A stretch of DNA of 64,000 nt. It comes from an uncultured Acidobacteriota bacterium. GTDB lineage: Bacteria > Acidobacteriota > Vicinamibacteria > Vicinamibacterales > 2-12-FULL-66-21. Below, in pieces: positions 40,797 to 50,408 of the stretch. Under the pieces are notes generated by a model. It ran no database searches. It saw nothing but the letters and a program-made list of their open reading frames with translations, and was not told the origin of the DNA. Each line of letters begins with the position of its first letter. Position 1 is the first letter of the stretch. The stretch covers positions 467,543 to 531,542 of the forward strand of contig CAWGBU010000008.1 in the NCBI GenBank assembly GCA_963820905.1. The letters are read 5' to 3'. The translations under genes were made by a program, and so were the position numbers.

Positions 40797-42962
40797 CTAC
40801 TTGCTCAGCGCGTCCGGCCTCAGCTGGAACTTCACGACCTTGCTCGGCGTGCCCTTGCCGCCTTCCATGTGGAACGGCGCTCGCGTGCTGACGGTCGACC
40901 AGAGGCCTCGTCCTTTCCAGCCGCCACGCGGATCGTCGATGCGACCGTCGAGCCACTTGGTGTAATAGCCGGTCGGGTATGGCACGCGCAGCACGATCCA
41001 CTTGCCGTCCTTCAGCACGAGCAGTCCTTCGGCGCCGTTGCCGGTATTGATGGGGACGTTCTTGCCGAGGCCGAACGTGTCGAACTGATCGACCCACGTG
41101 TAGTAGCTCGCTTCGGCGCTCCCGGAATCCGTCACGCCCTTCATCTGCGGCAACGGTTCCGGATAGAGCGTCCAGCCTTCGGGACAATGCTGCCCGGTGG
41201 CGTCGGGACCATTGAGCGGGCCCTTGCACTTCCGGCGATCGAAGCTCCCGAGGTGGCCGCTGGCGAGCGCAACCCACGCGACGCCGTCGCGATCGATGTC
41301 CATGCCGCGTGGAGAGAATCCCTCGACCTTGGCCTTCGGGTTGTTCACGGGCGGTTCGTACACCTCGACGAGCGTGGTCTCCGGCGGATTCGATCCCGGA
41401 TTCAATCGAACCACGGCGCCCGGGAAACCAAGCACGGACCCCCACACGGACCCGTCAGGCGCGGGCGCCACCGAGTAGAACGCGGCACCGTAGCGTTTGT
41501 CCCTGGCCGGATCCACCGGCTGGTTCGGCTCGACATAGGCATCGCGTTTGCCGTTGCCGTTGGTGTCGATGATGAGTGCCGTCCAGCCCTGCGACTTTAT
41601 CTCGTCGCCGGTCTCCTCGAACATCTTCGTGTTCAGCCATCCCACCACCTGTCCGCCGCCGCTCGTCCACAACGTGTGATTCGCATCCTCGGCGAACATC
41701 AGGTGATGCGTGCCGAAGCACGTGCTGATGTGCGTGAGCTTCTGCGTCTTCGGATCGTACATGGCGAGATGACGGCTCGATCGCTGAATCGGAAAGAGCT
41801 TGGCGGATGGATGCTCCGATCCCTGCTTGCAGAACTCCGGGTTGTCGAACGCACGCACGGCTGATGTGATCCAGACCCGGCCCTTGTGATCGAACATCGG
41901 GTTGTGAACGTTGTTCTTGCTCGTCCAGATGGGCTCGGCGCCCCAGTAAGGGGACGGCTGCAGCATCTGCGGCGACGTCGGCGGGGTCTCGGGATCGCGA
42001 ACGGTCAACTTCACCTGGCTGATTGTGTGCCGCACGGGATCCAGGACCGGCAGGTAGTCCGCGCTCAGCTCCAGGGCGCCGTAGATCGGCCCGTTCGCGT
42101 TGATCGTCGGGTCGCGCCGGTCGGTCGAGACCTCGTCGTGGAGATACGCCTTCGGATCCGCCCAGTCCCACATCGTTATGACGACATTGCGTTCGAGTCC
42201 CTGGGGACGGGGCGGGGTCGGAGGCACTTCACCGGCCGCGATGCGATCGGTCCAGTCCGCGAACAGGGCCAACGCGCGGTCGCGGCCCAGAACGTTGAGA
42301 CCGTTGATCATCTGCGCGCCGGCCTGGCCGGACTGCAGGCGTCGCTCCCACGCGGCAGTCGAACTCGCGAATGCGCCCAGCTCTTTCGGGATCTCCCGCG
42401 TGCCTTTGGTGCCGAGTCCGTGGCACGCGAGACACCCGCCTGACTTGAGTTGCCGAAGCCACTCCGGCTGACTCCTCATCCCCGGCGCGATGCCGTTGCC
42501 GGCAGGACCGGTGCCGGGAAACTCGCTCTTGTCGGGAACGCGAAGCAGCGAGAACCAGTACGCAGCCGGATAGTACTCGGCCGCTGCTCGAGGCGTGGGC
42601 GCCGGCACCGCCCGGAGCGCCAGGTTCTTTCCCGGAATACCGGGTACTTTCGGCGAATCGATGAGCCCGTAGCCGCGCACCCACACGCTGTACTGCGCCT
42701 TCGGAAGGTCGGGAAGCAGGTAGCGGCCGCGATCGTCGGTGACGACGATTCGAGCGAACTTCGTGGGGAGCTCGGTGGTCTCTGCAATCACCCAGACACC
42801 GGCTTCGGGACCTTTCGGACCGGTAACGACCCCGCCGATGTCGTCACCATCGACGGAAACCGTGTCCGATTGAGGCGCACCCGTGAGCGAGGAGGACGTT
42901 GCGAACGCGGTACCGAGCGCGACTGTTACGAACCCGGCGAACGACAGAGATCTGAGGATCAT
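40797..42962 (-). CDS. secreted protein with an N-terminal CarboxypepD_reg-like domain and one c-type haem motif
   Basis: ATG at 42962 with a signal peptide. 'GGVVTGPKGPEAGVWVIAE...DDRGRYLLPDLPKAQYSVWVRGYG' is present. 'GGCLACHG' supplies the CxxCH motif. The C-terminal region is large and beta-rich. Confidence 0.6.
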   Translation of the reverse strand: MILRSLSFAGFVTVALGTAFATSSSLTGAPQSDTVSVDGDDIGGVVTGPKGPEAGVWVIAETTELPTKFARIVVTDDRGRYLLPDLPKAQYSVWVRGYGLIDSPKVPGIPGKNLALRAVPAPTPRAAAEYYPAAYWFSLLRVPDKSEFPGTGPAGNGIAPGMRSQPEWLRQLKSGGCLACHGLGTKGTREIPKELGAFASSTAAWERRLQSGQAGAQMINGLNVLGRDRALALFADWTDRIAAGEVPPTPPRPQGLERNVVITMWDWADPKAYLHDEVSTDRRDPTINANGPIYGALELSADYLPVLDPVRHTISQVKLTVRDPETPPTSPQMLQPSPYWGAEPIWTSKNNVHNPMFDHKGRVWITSAVRAFDNPEFCKQGSEHPSAKLFPIQRSSRHLAMYDPKTQKLTHISTCFGTHHLMFAEDANHTLWTSGGGQVVGWLNTKMFEETGDEIKSQGWTALIIDTNGNGKRDAYVEPNQPVDPARDKRYGAAFYSVAPAPDGSVWGSVLGFPGAVVRLNPGSNPPETTLVEVYEPPVNNPKAKVEGFSPRGMDIDRDGVAWVALASGHLGSFDRRKCKGPLNGPDATGQHCPEGWTLYPEPLPQMKGVTDSGSAEASYYTWVDQFDTFGLGKNVPINTGNGAEGLLVLKDGKWIVLRVPYPTGYYTKWLDGRIDDPRGGWKGRGLWSTVSTRAPFHMEGGKGTPSKVVKFQLRPDALSK

Positions 42963-43173
42963 TGTGTCCCCCTTAAGCAGGTCCAGCCATTCCCATGCGG
43001 CGCATCTTACCTGAGCCGCGCTGGCGATGCGCGGGTGTATGGCGGGATTCATTCAGCCTCGATCAGCGCGCGCCGCGGTGAATCGCGCCACGAGGCTCGT
43101 CGATTTTGCTGCCGACGCTGACGCGAATCAGCGGACAATTCCCCAGGTATCGGGTGATCCACTGGAGGAACCG

Positions 43174-43716
43174 ATGAGCGTTCGTACCGCGAACTGGCGT
43201 CTCGCTGCCTGGACCTTCGTCGCGCTGCTCGCCGCCGCGTGCAGCAAGCCGCCGGCCGACGCGGCCGCGGCGGGGACTGGGGGCGGCCGTGGCAACGCCT
43301 GTCAGCTGCTCGACACCGCCGACATGGAGCGGCTGCACGGCGCCAAGGTCACGATGCTGCACAACATCGAGGCCGACGATCGAACGACGTGCGAAGTTTA
43401 CGACGCGACGACCAATCAAGCGTTCTTCTATCTCGACGTGACGTGGAAGGGGGGTCGTGAGCTGGCGCGCACCGAGGGGACGGCGAGTGGAATTGCCGCC
43501 GGCATCCTTGGCGATCGCGGCGTCGACCTCGAGCCGCTGACCGGCGCCAGCGCCGGCGCGAAGGCCGCGGACAGCGCGTACTACAGCGACGTCGCGACGC
43601 CGTGGGTGTTGAAGGGTGACGTCCTGCTGCGATTCAGGATGGCGGGGCTGACCCAGGATCAGCGCGCCGCGAACTTCGTTCCGCTGGCACGCACTGCGCT
43701 CGATCGCTTGCCGTAA
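43174..43716 (+). CDS. lipoprotein, hypothetical
   Basis: ATG at 43174. 'FVALLAAACS' is lipobox-like. 180 aa. Confidence 0.55.
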   Translation: MSVRTANWRLAAWTFVALLAAACSKPPADAAAAGTGGGRGNACQLLDTADMERLHGAKVTMLHNIEADDRTTCEVYDATTNQAFFYLDVTWKGGRELARTEGTASGIAAGILGDRGVDLEPLTGASAGAKAADSAYYSDVATPWVLKGDVLLRFRMAGLTQDQRAANFVPLARTALDRLP

Positions 43717-43733
43717 TCAGAAGCTGATGGCCG

Positions 43734-45178
43734 TCAAAAAGCGATGACCGTCTGCACCATCGGCACCCAGCCCGTCATCCCTGCCGTATACGGTGTAAAG
43801 GCTCCGCTATAAGGAGCTCTGTCGACCCGGAACACCTCTGTGTTGAGCCAGAGCCGCTCGGTCGGAAGGAAATGCCACTTGACCCCGCCGCCATACTCAT
43901 AGGAGTCGCCGAACTCGCCGTGCACCCACGATCCGCGGCCATACACCATGACTTTTCTCGGATCGACGAAGAAACTCGCCGAGAGCTCGGCGCCGTGGTC
44001 GAATGTGGATGTGAGCGGAAGCGGTCCGTCGGCTTCGAAGTCATTTATCCGGCGCATGAAGTACTGCGCGTTGACCGCAAGCCCGTTCCATTTGATGCCG
44101 CCGTCGATCGCCCACATCCTGTACGTCGCCTTGTCGATCGTTACACCGGGCGCAAACGCTCCGGTCGAGAAGAACAGCACGCCGTCGGAATTGTACAGTG
44201 AGGTGTTCTCGGGACTTGATTGATCGAGATTTGAAAAACGGTCCTCCCGGGATCGTGTGAACCCTGTACCAATTCGAATGCGTACTTCGTCGGCGGCGAA
44301 ATAATCATCGTACATGTTGCGTGATTTGCCGGGTTCCCCGTACGGCCCCAGCGGTTCCCACCAGACGTTGCCGGAAAGCAGCAGATGCGTATCGATCTTG
44401 TTGGCCGAGATACTCAGGGTATTGAGACCGTTGCCGACGAACGCCAGATAATTCAGCCCCTTCGCGGGTTCGCCGTTCACCCAGACTCCCTGCGTGAACC
44501 CGGGGCGGAAGAAGTTGTCGGCCATGCTCCTGTCGGTTGCCGTAAAAAATGGGAACGTGGCCACCAGCGATCGGCTGCCTGGAACGCCGGTGTAACCTCC
44601 GGTAATCGCGAGGCCCTTGTTGAATCGCCAGCCAATGTTGCTGGCGACGATGATCGAAGCGGCCCCCGCGGATGTCCAGACGGTGAAGCTGTATAGCGCC
44701 CTCGGGTCGAAAATGTAGCCGCCCAGGATGAACATCGCGCGATTCACCGTGATGTCGTTGCGCGTATGAACGTCGCGGCTAACGCCCAGGTGGTCGATGT
44801 AAGTCTCGTCGCTATCGAGGGTGTTGAGATAGCGGATCTGGGTGTTGACGTTGAACTTCAGCAGGAACGGCACGCTGGCGTCGGCGGGAGTTTCCCAGAT
44901 GACGATGCCATCTCTATAACGATCGTTGCTGGCCTGTGGTGCGGGTGCCGCTTGCTACGGATGTACTTGTTGAATCTGTCGCCGGCGGTGGTGGCTCCGC
45001 GGCAACGACCTTGTTTTCCGGGTTTCCCGACCTGCGATCCCTGAGCAGCGGCGACTTCCTTGTCCGTGCTGTTCGGGTTGGTTGCCGGAGACTGTCCGAA
45101 GGCGGAAGTCGCGAAGAACGTAACGGACGTCAGCGCCAGTGCGACTGACGCCTTGATGAATGCGCGGTGTAACGACAC
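43734..45178 (-). pseudogene. porin (phosphate-selective OprO/P-like beta-barrel), frame break between the signal peptide and the barrel
   Basis: The ORF 44858..45178 gives the signal peptide 'MSLHRAFIKASVALALTSVTFFATSAFGQ'. The barrel ORF (43734..44873) extends upstream only to a stop at 44955-44957 ('QAAPAPQASNDRYRDGIVIWETPADASVPFLLKF...') and ends 'VQTVIAF'. Confidence 0.65.
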
Positions 45179-45233
45179 GTGCTATGCCCTCCCGAATCCG
45201 TCCCGCAGTGATTGAAGTAATGGGATTGCGACA

Positions 45234-45269
45234 CTCGCCGGGTCACGGAAGTTCCCATGACCCGGCGAG
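45234..45269 (-). terminator. candidate stem-loop terminator after the serine dehydratase gene
   Basis: A perfect 12-bp stem, ctcgccgggtca / tgacccggcgag, has a 12-nt loop. It lies 25 nt downstream of the stop at 45294. There is no U-tract, so function is uncertain. Confidence 0.35.
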
Positions 45270-45293
45270 CCATCGCCGGGAACTAGAAGACGC

Positions 45294-46964
45294 TCAGCAG
45301 AGCACCACGGAGAGTGCGAGGCCAGCCTCGCTGGTTTCCTTGTACTTGCTGTTCATCTCCTTCGCGGTTTGAGCCAGGGCGATCACGGTTTCGTCGAAAT
45401 TGACCCGGTGCCTGGACGCGATCTCGTTGCTGGCGATCGCGTAGGCGGTCCAGGCCTTGACGGCCCCGAACGCGCACCGCTCGATGCAGGGAACCTGCAC
45501 GTAGCCGGCAACCGGGTCGCATGTCATGCCGAGGTGATGCTCAAGCGCCGATTCGGCAGCATTCTCGACCACCAGCGACGGTGCGTCGTACGCAGTCGCC
45601 GTCAGTGCCGCGGCCATCGACGACGCCACACCGATCTCGGCCTGGCAGCCGCCCTCGGCCGCAGACAGCGTCGCATGGTGCTTGCAGAGGTAGCCGACCG
45701 CCGCAGCCGCGAGCATGCCCTCACGGACCTTCTGCGGGTCGACCTTCCGCACCTCGAGCAGCCCGTAGACCAGCGCCGGCATCACGCCGGCGGAACCGCC
45801 GGTCGGAGCCGTGATCACGAGGTGGCCGCGCCCGTTTTCTTCGGATGCCGCCAACGCGAATGCCGACAGCGTCCCGATACCGCGGTCTGATTGATACTTC
45901 TCGTCCATGGCCCGCTTGTAAACGGTGGCGGCCTTGCTGTGCAGCTTGATCGGGCCGGGCAGCACGTCATCCTCCGGCATCGACAGACCAGACTTCACCG
46001 TCGCGACCATGGCGTTGGTGATCTTGTCGATGAAGGAGTACACCTCCGCTTCCGTCTTGCCCGTGATCGACATCTCGTTGGCGAGCATGATCTTGGCGAT
46101 GGTGGTCTTGTTGGTGTCGGCGTGGGTCCGCAGCTCTTTCATCGTTCTGAACGGATACTTCGGCGGGTTCTTCTTCGGAGGCGTATAACCTTTCCACTCG
46201 ATGAACCCGCCGCCCACCGAGTAGTACTCCTGCTCGAGCAATACTTCCTTGCCGGCGAGGAGCTTGACCGTCATCGTGTTCGGATGTTTGAAGTCGCCCT
46301 TGGGGGCATCGTAGATGACGTCCTTGAGGGTCACGTCGATTGACTTGGCGCCGAGCTTCACCGGGAACACCTGGTCAGGCTTGTCTCGCAACCCGTCGAG
46401 AAACTTCGGGTCGACCGTTGCCGGTTCCTTCCCGACCAGCCCTGCGAGGGCGGCCCGTTCCGTGCCGTGTCCCTTCCCCGTCGCGCTGAGGCTGCCGAAC
46501 AAGTTCACCTGAAGCTTGGTCGCCTTGGCGAGTGTGTCGGCCGGCAGCTTGGCGGCTCGCTGGTAGAAATCGTAGGTGATGCGCATCGGACCAATCGTGT
46601 GCGAGCTGGAAGGGCCGGGGCCCACCTTGTAGAACTCGTCCACGGTCGTCAACACCGGCCCCTGCCCCTTCTTCACGACGTTCAAGTCCGCAGAGAGGGG
46701 CGGGGGCGTTCCCTTGGCCTGCGGCGGCATCGTGGCGATGGCCATCGCCGTTCGCTCTTCGGCCGAGATATAGCGCCCCGTCATCACTGCGGCGGCACCA
46801 CCCACAGCGCTCCGGATCAGGAAATTGCGGCGATCCACGCCGGGCGGAATCTCCTGTGAAATAAGTTGGCTTGTATCCGCAAGCGAATCTTCGCGAAGGA
46901 CTTCATGGGGTTTCTCTGCAGACACGAGTTCGCCTTCAAACTTCTCATTCTCTTTGTGTGACAT
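45294..46964 (-). CDS. sdaA: L-serine ammonia-lyase (iron-sulfur-dependent, single-chain) with an N-terminal twin-arginine-like extension
   Basis: 'GPGPSSSHTIGPMRI', 'ITAPTGGSAGVMPA', 'LSAAEGGCQAEIGVASSMAA' and 'CDPVAGYVQVPCIERCAFGA' are present. The first ATG is at 46964. An alternative GTG at 46838 gives 'MDRRNFLIRSAVGGAAAV'. Confidence 0.9.
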   Translation of the reverse strand: MSHKENEKFEGELVSAEKPHEVLREDSLADTSQLISQEIPPGVDRRNFLIRSAVGGAAAVMTGRYISAEERTAMAIATMPPQAKGTPPPLSADLNVVKKGQGPVLTTVDEFYKVGPGPSSSHTIGPMRITYDFYQRAAKLPADTLAKATKLQVNLFGSLSATGKGHGTERAALAGLVGKEPATVDPKFLDGLRDKPDQVFPVKLGAKSIDVTLKDVIYDAPKGDFKHPNTMTVKLLAGKEVLLEQEYYSVGGGFIEWKGYTPPKKNPPKYPFRTMKELRTHADTNKTTIAKIMLANEMSITGKTEAEVYSFIDKITNAMVATVKSGLSMPEDDVLPGPIKLHSKAATVYKRAMDEKYQSDRGIGTLSAFALAASEENGRGHLVITAPTGGSAGVMPALVYGLLEVRKVDPQKVREGMLAAAAVGYLCKHHATLSAAEGGCQAEIGVASSMAAALTATAYDAPSLVVENAAESALEHHLGMTCDPVAGYVQVPCIERCAFGAVKAWTAYAIASNEIASRHRVNFDETVIALAQTAKEMNSKYKETSEAGLALSVVLC

Positions 46965-47529
46965 GGTGCACCTGCTCCCTTTCGTGAGAGAGCTTCTTGG
47001 TCTTCGATTCAGTCGCCGCCGTGTGAGTCCGTAGGGAGCACCGTTCGCGGAGGGCGGCATTACAACAGCGCCACGAAGGGCGTTACTGCCAAAGGCATGG
47101 CGTGTGCCAGAGCTGGCGGCTCGAATCCCGCCTGTTTTCGGGTTCCACGGAATCCTCAGGTATCCGGTCAGCCGGAGCTTCTCCGGAATCCCGTGCGCTC
47201 GGCCTCGGTAGGGCAGGCCGTGACTGAGTCGCCAAGGTGGGCGTTTCTCCCGTGCCTCGGGTCTGATCTCGCGTAGTGGAATGAGATTTGCCCGTCGCTC
47301 CGGGATCGCAGCCGTTTGAAAAGTGGGCCGCGCGGAGCGAAACGCGCGTGCGCCCTTGCGCCAGGGGACTTGCAGGCCAGCCAGGGGCTCATCGACGATG
47401 TAATCGGCAACCGATGGTCGATTGGAGCTGCGGTGGTCATTAGACAGGCTGCCTGAACACATCGGCTAGCGCTGCTTCTGGCAGCCCGGTCCCACACGCA
47501 CACTGACGCGGGCCATCAGACCCGAGAAG

Positions 47530-48663
47530 ATGCGAACGATGACGGTTACCCTGCGGGCGGATCGTACGGGAAATCGGGCACGGCTCGTGCCGGCCGGCGC
47601 CTTCGACCTGGCGCACGCCAGCACCGTCGCCGCGGCCGTGGCCGATGTGCAGCCGCGCCTCGAGGGGTGTCAGGCGATCGAGGTCGACCTCTCGGGGCTC
47701 GATCGCATCGACGGCTCGGGGGCCGCCCTGCTGGCGAAACTCCTCGATCGGCTCGACCCCGACGGCGGCCGGACGCGCGTCGTCGAGGGCGGCAATCCTG
47801 AAGCAGCACGGCTGGTCGCGCTCTATCGGGGGAAGCACGCGGCGCGGGACACGCTGGCCGCGGCGGGCCCCTCGGTGCTCGGGCGCGTCGGCGCGGCTGC
47901 GGCTGCAGTCCCCGGTTCGATCGTCGCGGCGTTCGACTTCCTCGGTCGATCGGCCGTCGCCTTGCCGAAGGCCATCGCCGCGCCGCAGTCGGTCGACTGG
48001 CGCTCGCTCCCGAGGCTGCTGCAGGAGATTGGCGCCGATGCGCTGCTGGTCACGAGCGCGGCCAACCTGCTCATCGGCGTCATCATCGGCTTCCTCGGCG
48101 TCTCGCAGCTCGGTCGCTTCGGCGCCGTGGCATTCGTCCCCGAGCTCGTGGTGGTCGCGCACTTCCGCGAGCTCGGTCCGCTCGTGACCGCGATCGTGGT
48201 CGCCGGTCGATCCGGCGCTGGCCTGGCCTCGGAGCTCGCCACGATGCAGGTGTCGGAGGAAATCGATGCCCTGCGTGCCATGGGCTTCGATCCCGTGCGC
48301 TGGCTGGTCGTGCCGCGCTGCCTCGCGCTCGCCATCGTCCTTCCACTCCTCACCTGGATCGGCGACGGCCTGGCACTCGTCGGTGGCCTGGCGGCCACGA
48401 CGGTAATTACGCACATGACGCCGCGGGCGTACGTGCTGGCGACGGCCGACACAATCACCGTCGGCCACTTGGCGGCAGGACTCGTCAAGAGCCCGTTCCT
48501 CGGCGTGGCGATCGGCCTCATCGCCTGCGGCCAGGGGCTGGCCGCGCAGGGAGGCGCCGCCGCGGTCGGCGCGCGGGCGACGAGCGCGGTCGTCCTGGCC
48601 ATCTTCGGCATGATCGTGATCAGCTCGCTCTTCACGCTCTTCTACGCGTTCCTAGGCATATGA
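47530..48663 (+). CDS. MlaE-family ABC transporter permease with an N-terminal STAS domain
   Basis: Residues ~1-100 ('LDLSGLDRIDGSGAALLAKLL') are STAS-like. A multi-TM MlaE-like core follows ('EIDALRAMGFDPVRWLVVPR'). Confidence 0.8.
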   Translation: MRTMTVTLRADRTGNRARLVPAGAFDLAHASTVAAAVADVQPRLEGCQAIEVDLSGLDRIDGSGAALLAKLLDRLDPDGGRTRVVEGGNPEAARLVALYRGKHAARDTLAAAGPSVLGRVGAAAAAVPGSIVAAFDFLGRSAVALPKAIAAPQSVDWRSLPRLLQEIGADALLVTSAANLLIGVIIGFLGVSQLGRFGAVAFVPELVVVAHFRELGPLVTAIVVAGRSGAGLASELATMQVSEEIDALRAMGFDPVRWLVVPRCLALAIVLPLLTWIGDGLALVGGLAATTVITHMTPRAYVLATADTITVGHLAAGLVKSPFLGVAIGLIACGQGLAAQGGAAAVGARATSAVVLAIFGMIVISSLFTLFYAFLGI

Positions 48664-49430
48664 CCGCGCCGCATACCAGGCCGCACATCATCGCCGACGA
48701 CCTCCGCATCGGCTGGGGCTCGCGAGTCCTGATGGAGCATGTCAGCTTCGACGTCGCCCGCGGATCGACGTTCGCGATCCTCGGCGGCTCGGGGTGCGGC
48801 AAGAGCAGCCTGCTCCGCCACCTCATCGGGCTTGGCCGTCCGCAGTCTGGACGCATCGACATCGATGGCGTCGGTGAACCGCACCTCTACGAAGGGACGC
48901 CGCCGTTCGGCGTGCTCTTCCAGTCCGGCGCGCTCTTCAGCTCGCTGACACTCGCGGAGAACCTGGCTCTGCCGATGACGATGTGGACGTCGATTCGCGG
49001 TGAGACCAAGCGCGCGTTGTGCCGGGCGAAGCTCGACATCGTCGGGCTCGGTGGCTTCGACGATCACCTGCCTGGCGAGCTCTCCGGCGGCATGAGGAAG
49101 CGCGCGGGTATTGCCCGCGCGCTCATGCTCGAGCCCGATCTCCTCTTCTTCGACGAACCGTCCGCCGGACTCGATCCGATCACGGCCGTCGAGCTCGATC
49201 AGCTGATCATCACCCTCAGCCGCGACCTCGGCATCACGATCGTGATCGTCACCCACGAGCTGCCGAGCATCTTTCTCGTCGCCAACAACTGCATCGTGCT
49301 GGATAAGTCGGCGAGAGGTATCGTCGCGCGCGGGGATCCGCGTCGGCTGCGCGACGAGTCGACGGTGCCGTTCGTGCACAGCTTCTTCACCCGAACCTCA
49401 CCTGATGTGCCCGCAAATCACGGAGCGTAA
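48660..49430 (+). CDS. MlaF-like ABC transporter ATP-binding protein
   Basis: Walker A 'GGSGCGKSSLL', signature 'LSGGMRKRAGIARAL' and Walker B 'LLFFDEP' are present. The start overlaps the permease stop as ATGA. Confidence 0.9.
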   Translation: MTAPHTRPHIIADDLRIGWGSRVLMEHVSFDVARGSTFAILGGSGCGKSSLLRHLIGLGRPQSGRIDIDGVGEPHLYEGTPPFGVLFQSGALFSSLTLAENLALPMTMWTSIRGETKRALCRAKLDIVGLGGFDDHLPGELSGGMRKRAGIARALMLEPDLLFFDEPSAGLDPITAVELDQLIITLSRDLGITIVIVTHELPSIFLVANNCIVLDKSARGIVARGDPRRLRDESTVPFVHSFFTRTSPDVPANHGA

Positions 49431-49433
49431 CCG

Positions 49434-50408
49434 ATGGCTGTCGAGAAAAACTACGCGCGGCTCGGCCTGTTCGTCGTGGTCGTCGCCTTGACCACTCTCG
49501 CCACGGCGATCTTCTTCGTCCAGCGCGTGAGGAGCCAGGCGGTGATCGGGATGGTGACCTACACCACCGACAACGTCAGCGGCCTGGATGTGTCGAGCCC
49601 GGTCCGGTACCGGGGAGTGGCGGTGGGCCAGGTGACCGAAGTGCGGGTTGACCCGCGAGGCGGCACTGCTGTTATCGAAGTGGATTTCGACGTGTTTCTG
49701 GATCGCCTCAACACGATCGGCGTGAACGTCAAACGGATCCGCCAGTTCACCGATCTCGGCGGCATGCTTCCGAACCTGCGGGCGCAGGTTGTGGGGAACC
49801 CCATTACCGGCGAGGCCTACCTGCTGCTCGACGCGCCAAAGAATCCGCCGCCACCGCTCACGTTGGGCTTCACGCCCGATCGGCCGTACGTGGCGTCGGT
49901 GCCGTCGGTGATCGGCCAGGTGCAGGATCGCCTCCCGGAGGTCCTGGACACAGCACAAGCGACACTGCAGACGCTGCGCGACATCGTAGCGCGCGTCCCT
50001 GGCAGCCTCGATCGGAGCGACCGGTTCTTCACCAACATCGAGCGGATCTTTCGCGAGAGCGATCTCCAGGCGTTGAGCACCGACTCGCGCAAGTTCTTCG
50101 CGACGACGACCGCACAGATGGAACGGATTACGAACGAGCTCCAAGGACTGGTCGGCACGGAAGGACCGGTCGTGACGTTCGTCGAAGAGGCCCGGACGGC
50201 GATGCGGGAGGCGGACCTTCCCGCCGCCACGCGGTCGTCGCGCGAGGCGATGGAGCGCACCAGCCTCGCCGCCGACGATCTCCGCCGATCACTGCCGGCG
50301 ATCCGCCAGTCGCTCGACGAGCTGCGCGACCTCGCGCGGCAGATCCAGGAACAGCCCGAATCGGTGATGTACGGACCGCGACCACCTGCCACGGGGAAGA
50401 AACGATGA
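49434..50408 (+). CDS. MlaD/MCE-family substrate-binding protein
   Basis: An N-terminal TM helix is followed by 'GLDVSSPVRYRGVAVGQVTEVRVDP', the MCE domain core. Confidence 0.85.
   Translation: MAVEKNYARLGLFVVVVALTTLATAIFFVQRVRSQAVIGMVTYTTDNVSGLDVSSPVRYRGVAVGQVTEVRVDPRGGTAVIEVDFDVFLDRLNTIGVNVKRIRQFTDLGGMLPNLRAQVVGNPITGEAYLLLDAPKNPPPPLTLGFTPDRPYVASVPSVIGQVQDRLPEVLDTAQATLQTLRDIVARVPGSLDRSDRFFTNIERIFRESDLQALSTDSRKFFATTTAQMERITNELQGLVGTEGPVVTFVEEARTAMREADLPAATRSSREAMERTSLAADDLRRSLPAIRQSLDELRDLARQIQEQPESVMYGPRPPATGKKR

Noticed and set aside
47113-47134. tRNA T-arm-like hairpin (ggcgg-ctcgaatc-ccgcc), considered as a tRNA or tmRNA gene or an att-site remnant
   Set aside because: The loop is 8 nt rather than 7. 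No acceptor, D or anticodon arms can be drawn in the flanks, there is no CCA-proximal acceptor complement, and no integrase gene is nearby.
45294-47462. 722-aa extended version of the serine dehydratase ORF
   Set aside because: The 166 codons upstream of ATG 46964 have non-protein-like composition and lower GC, and they lie in the intergenic region. Absence of stops is not evidence of coding in GC-rich DNA.
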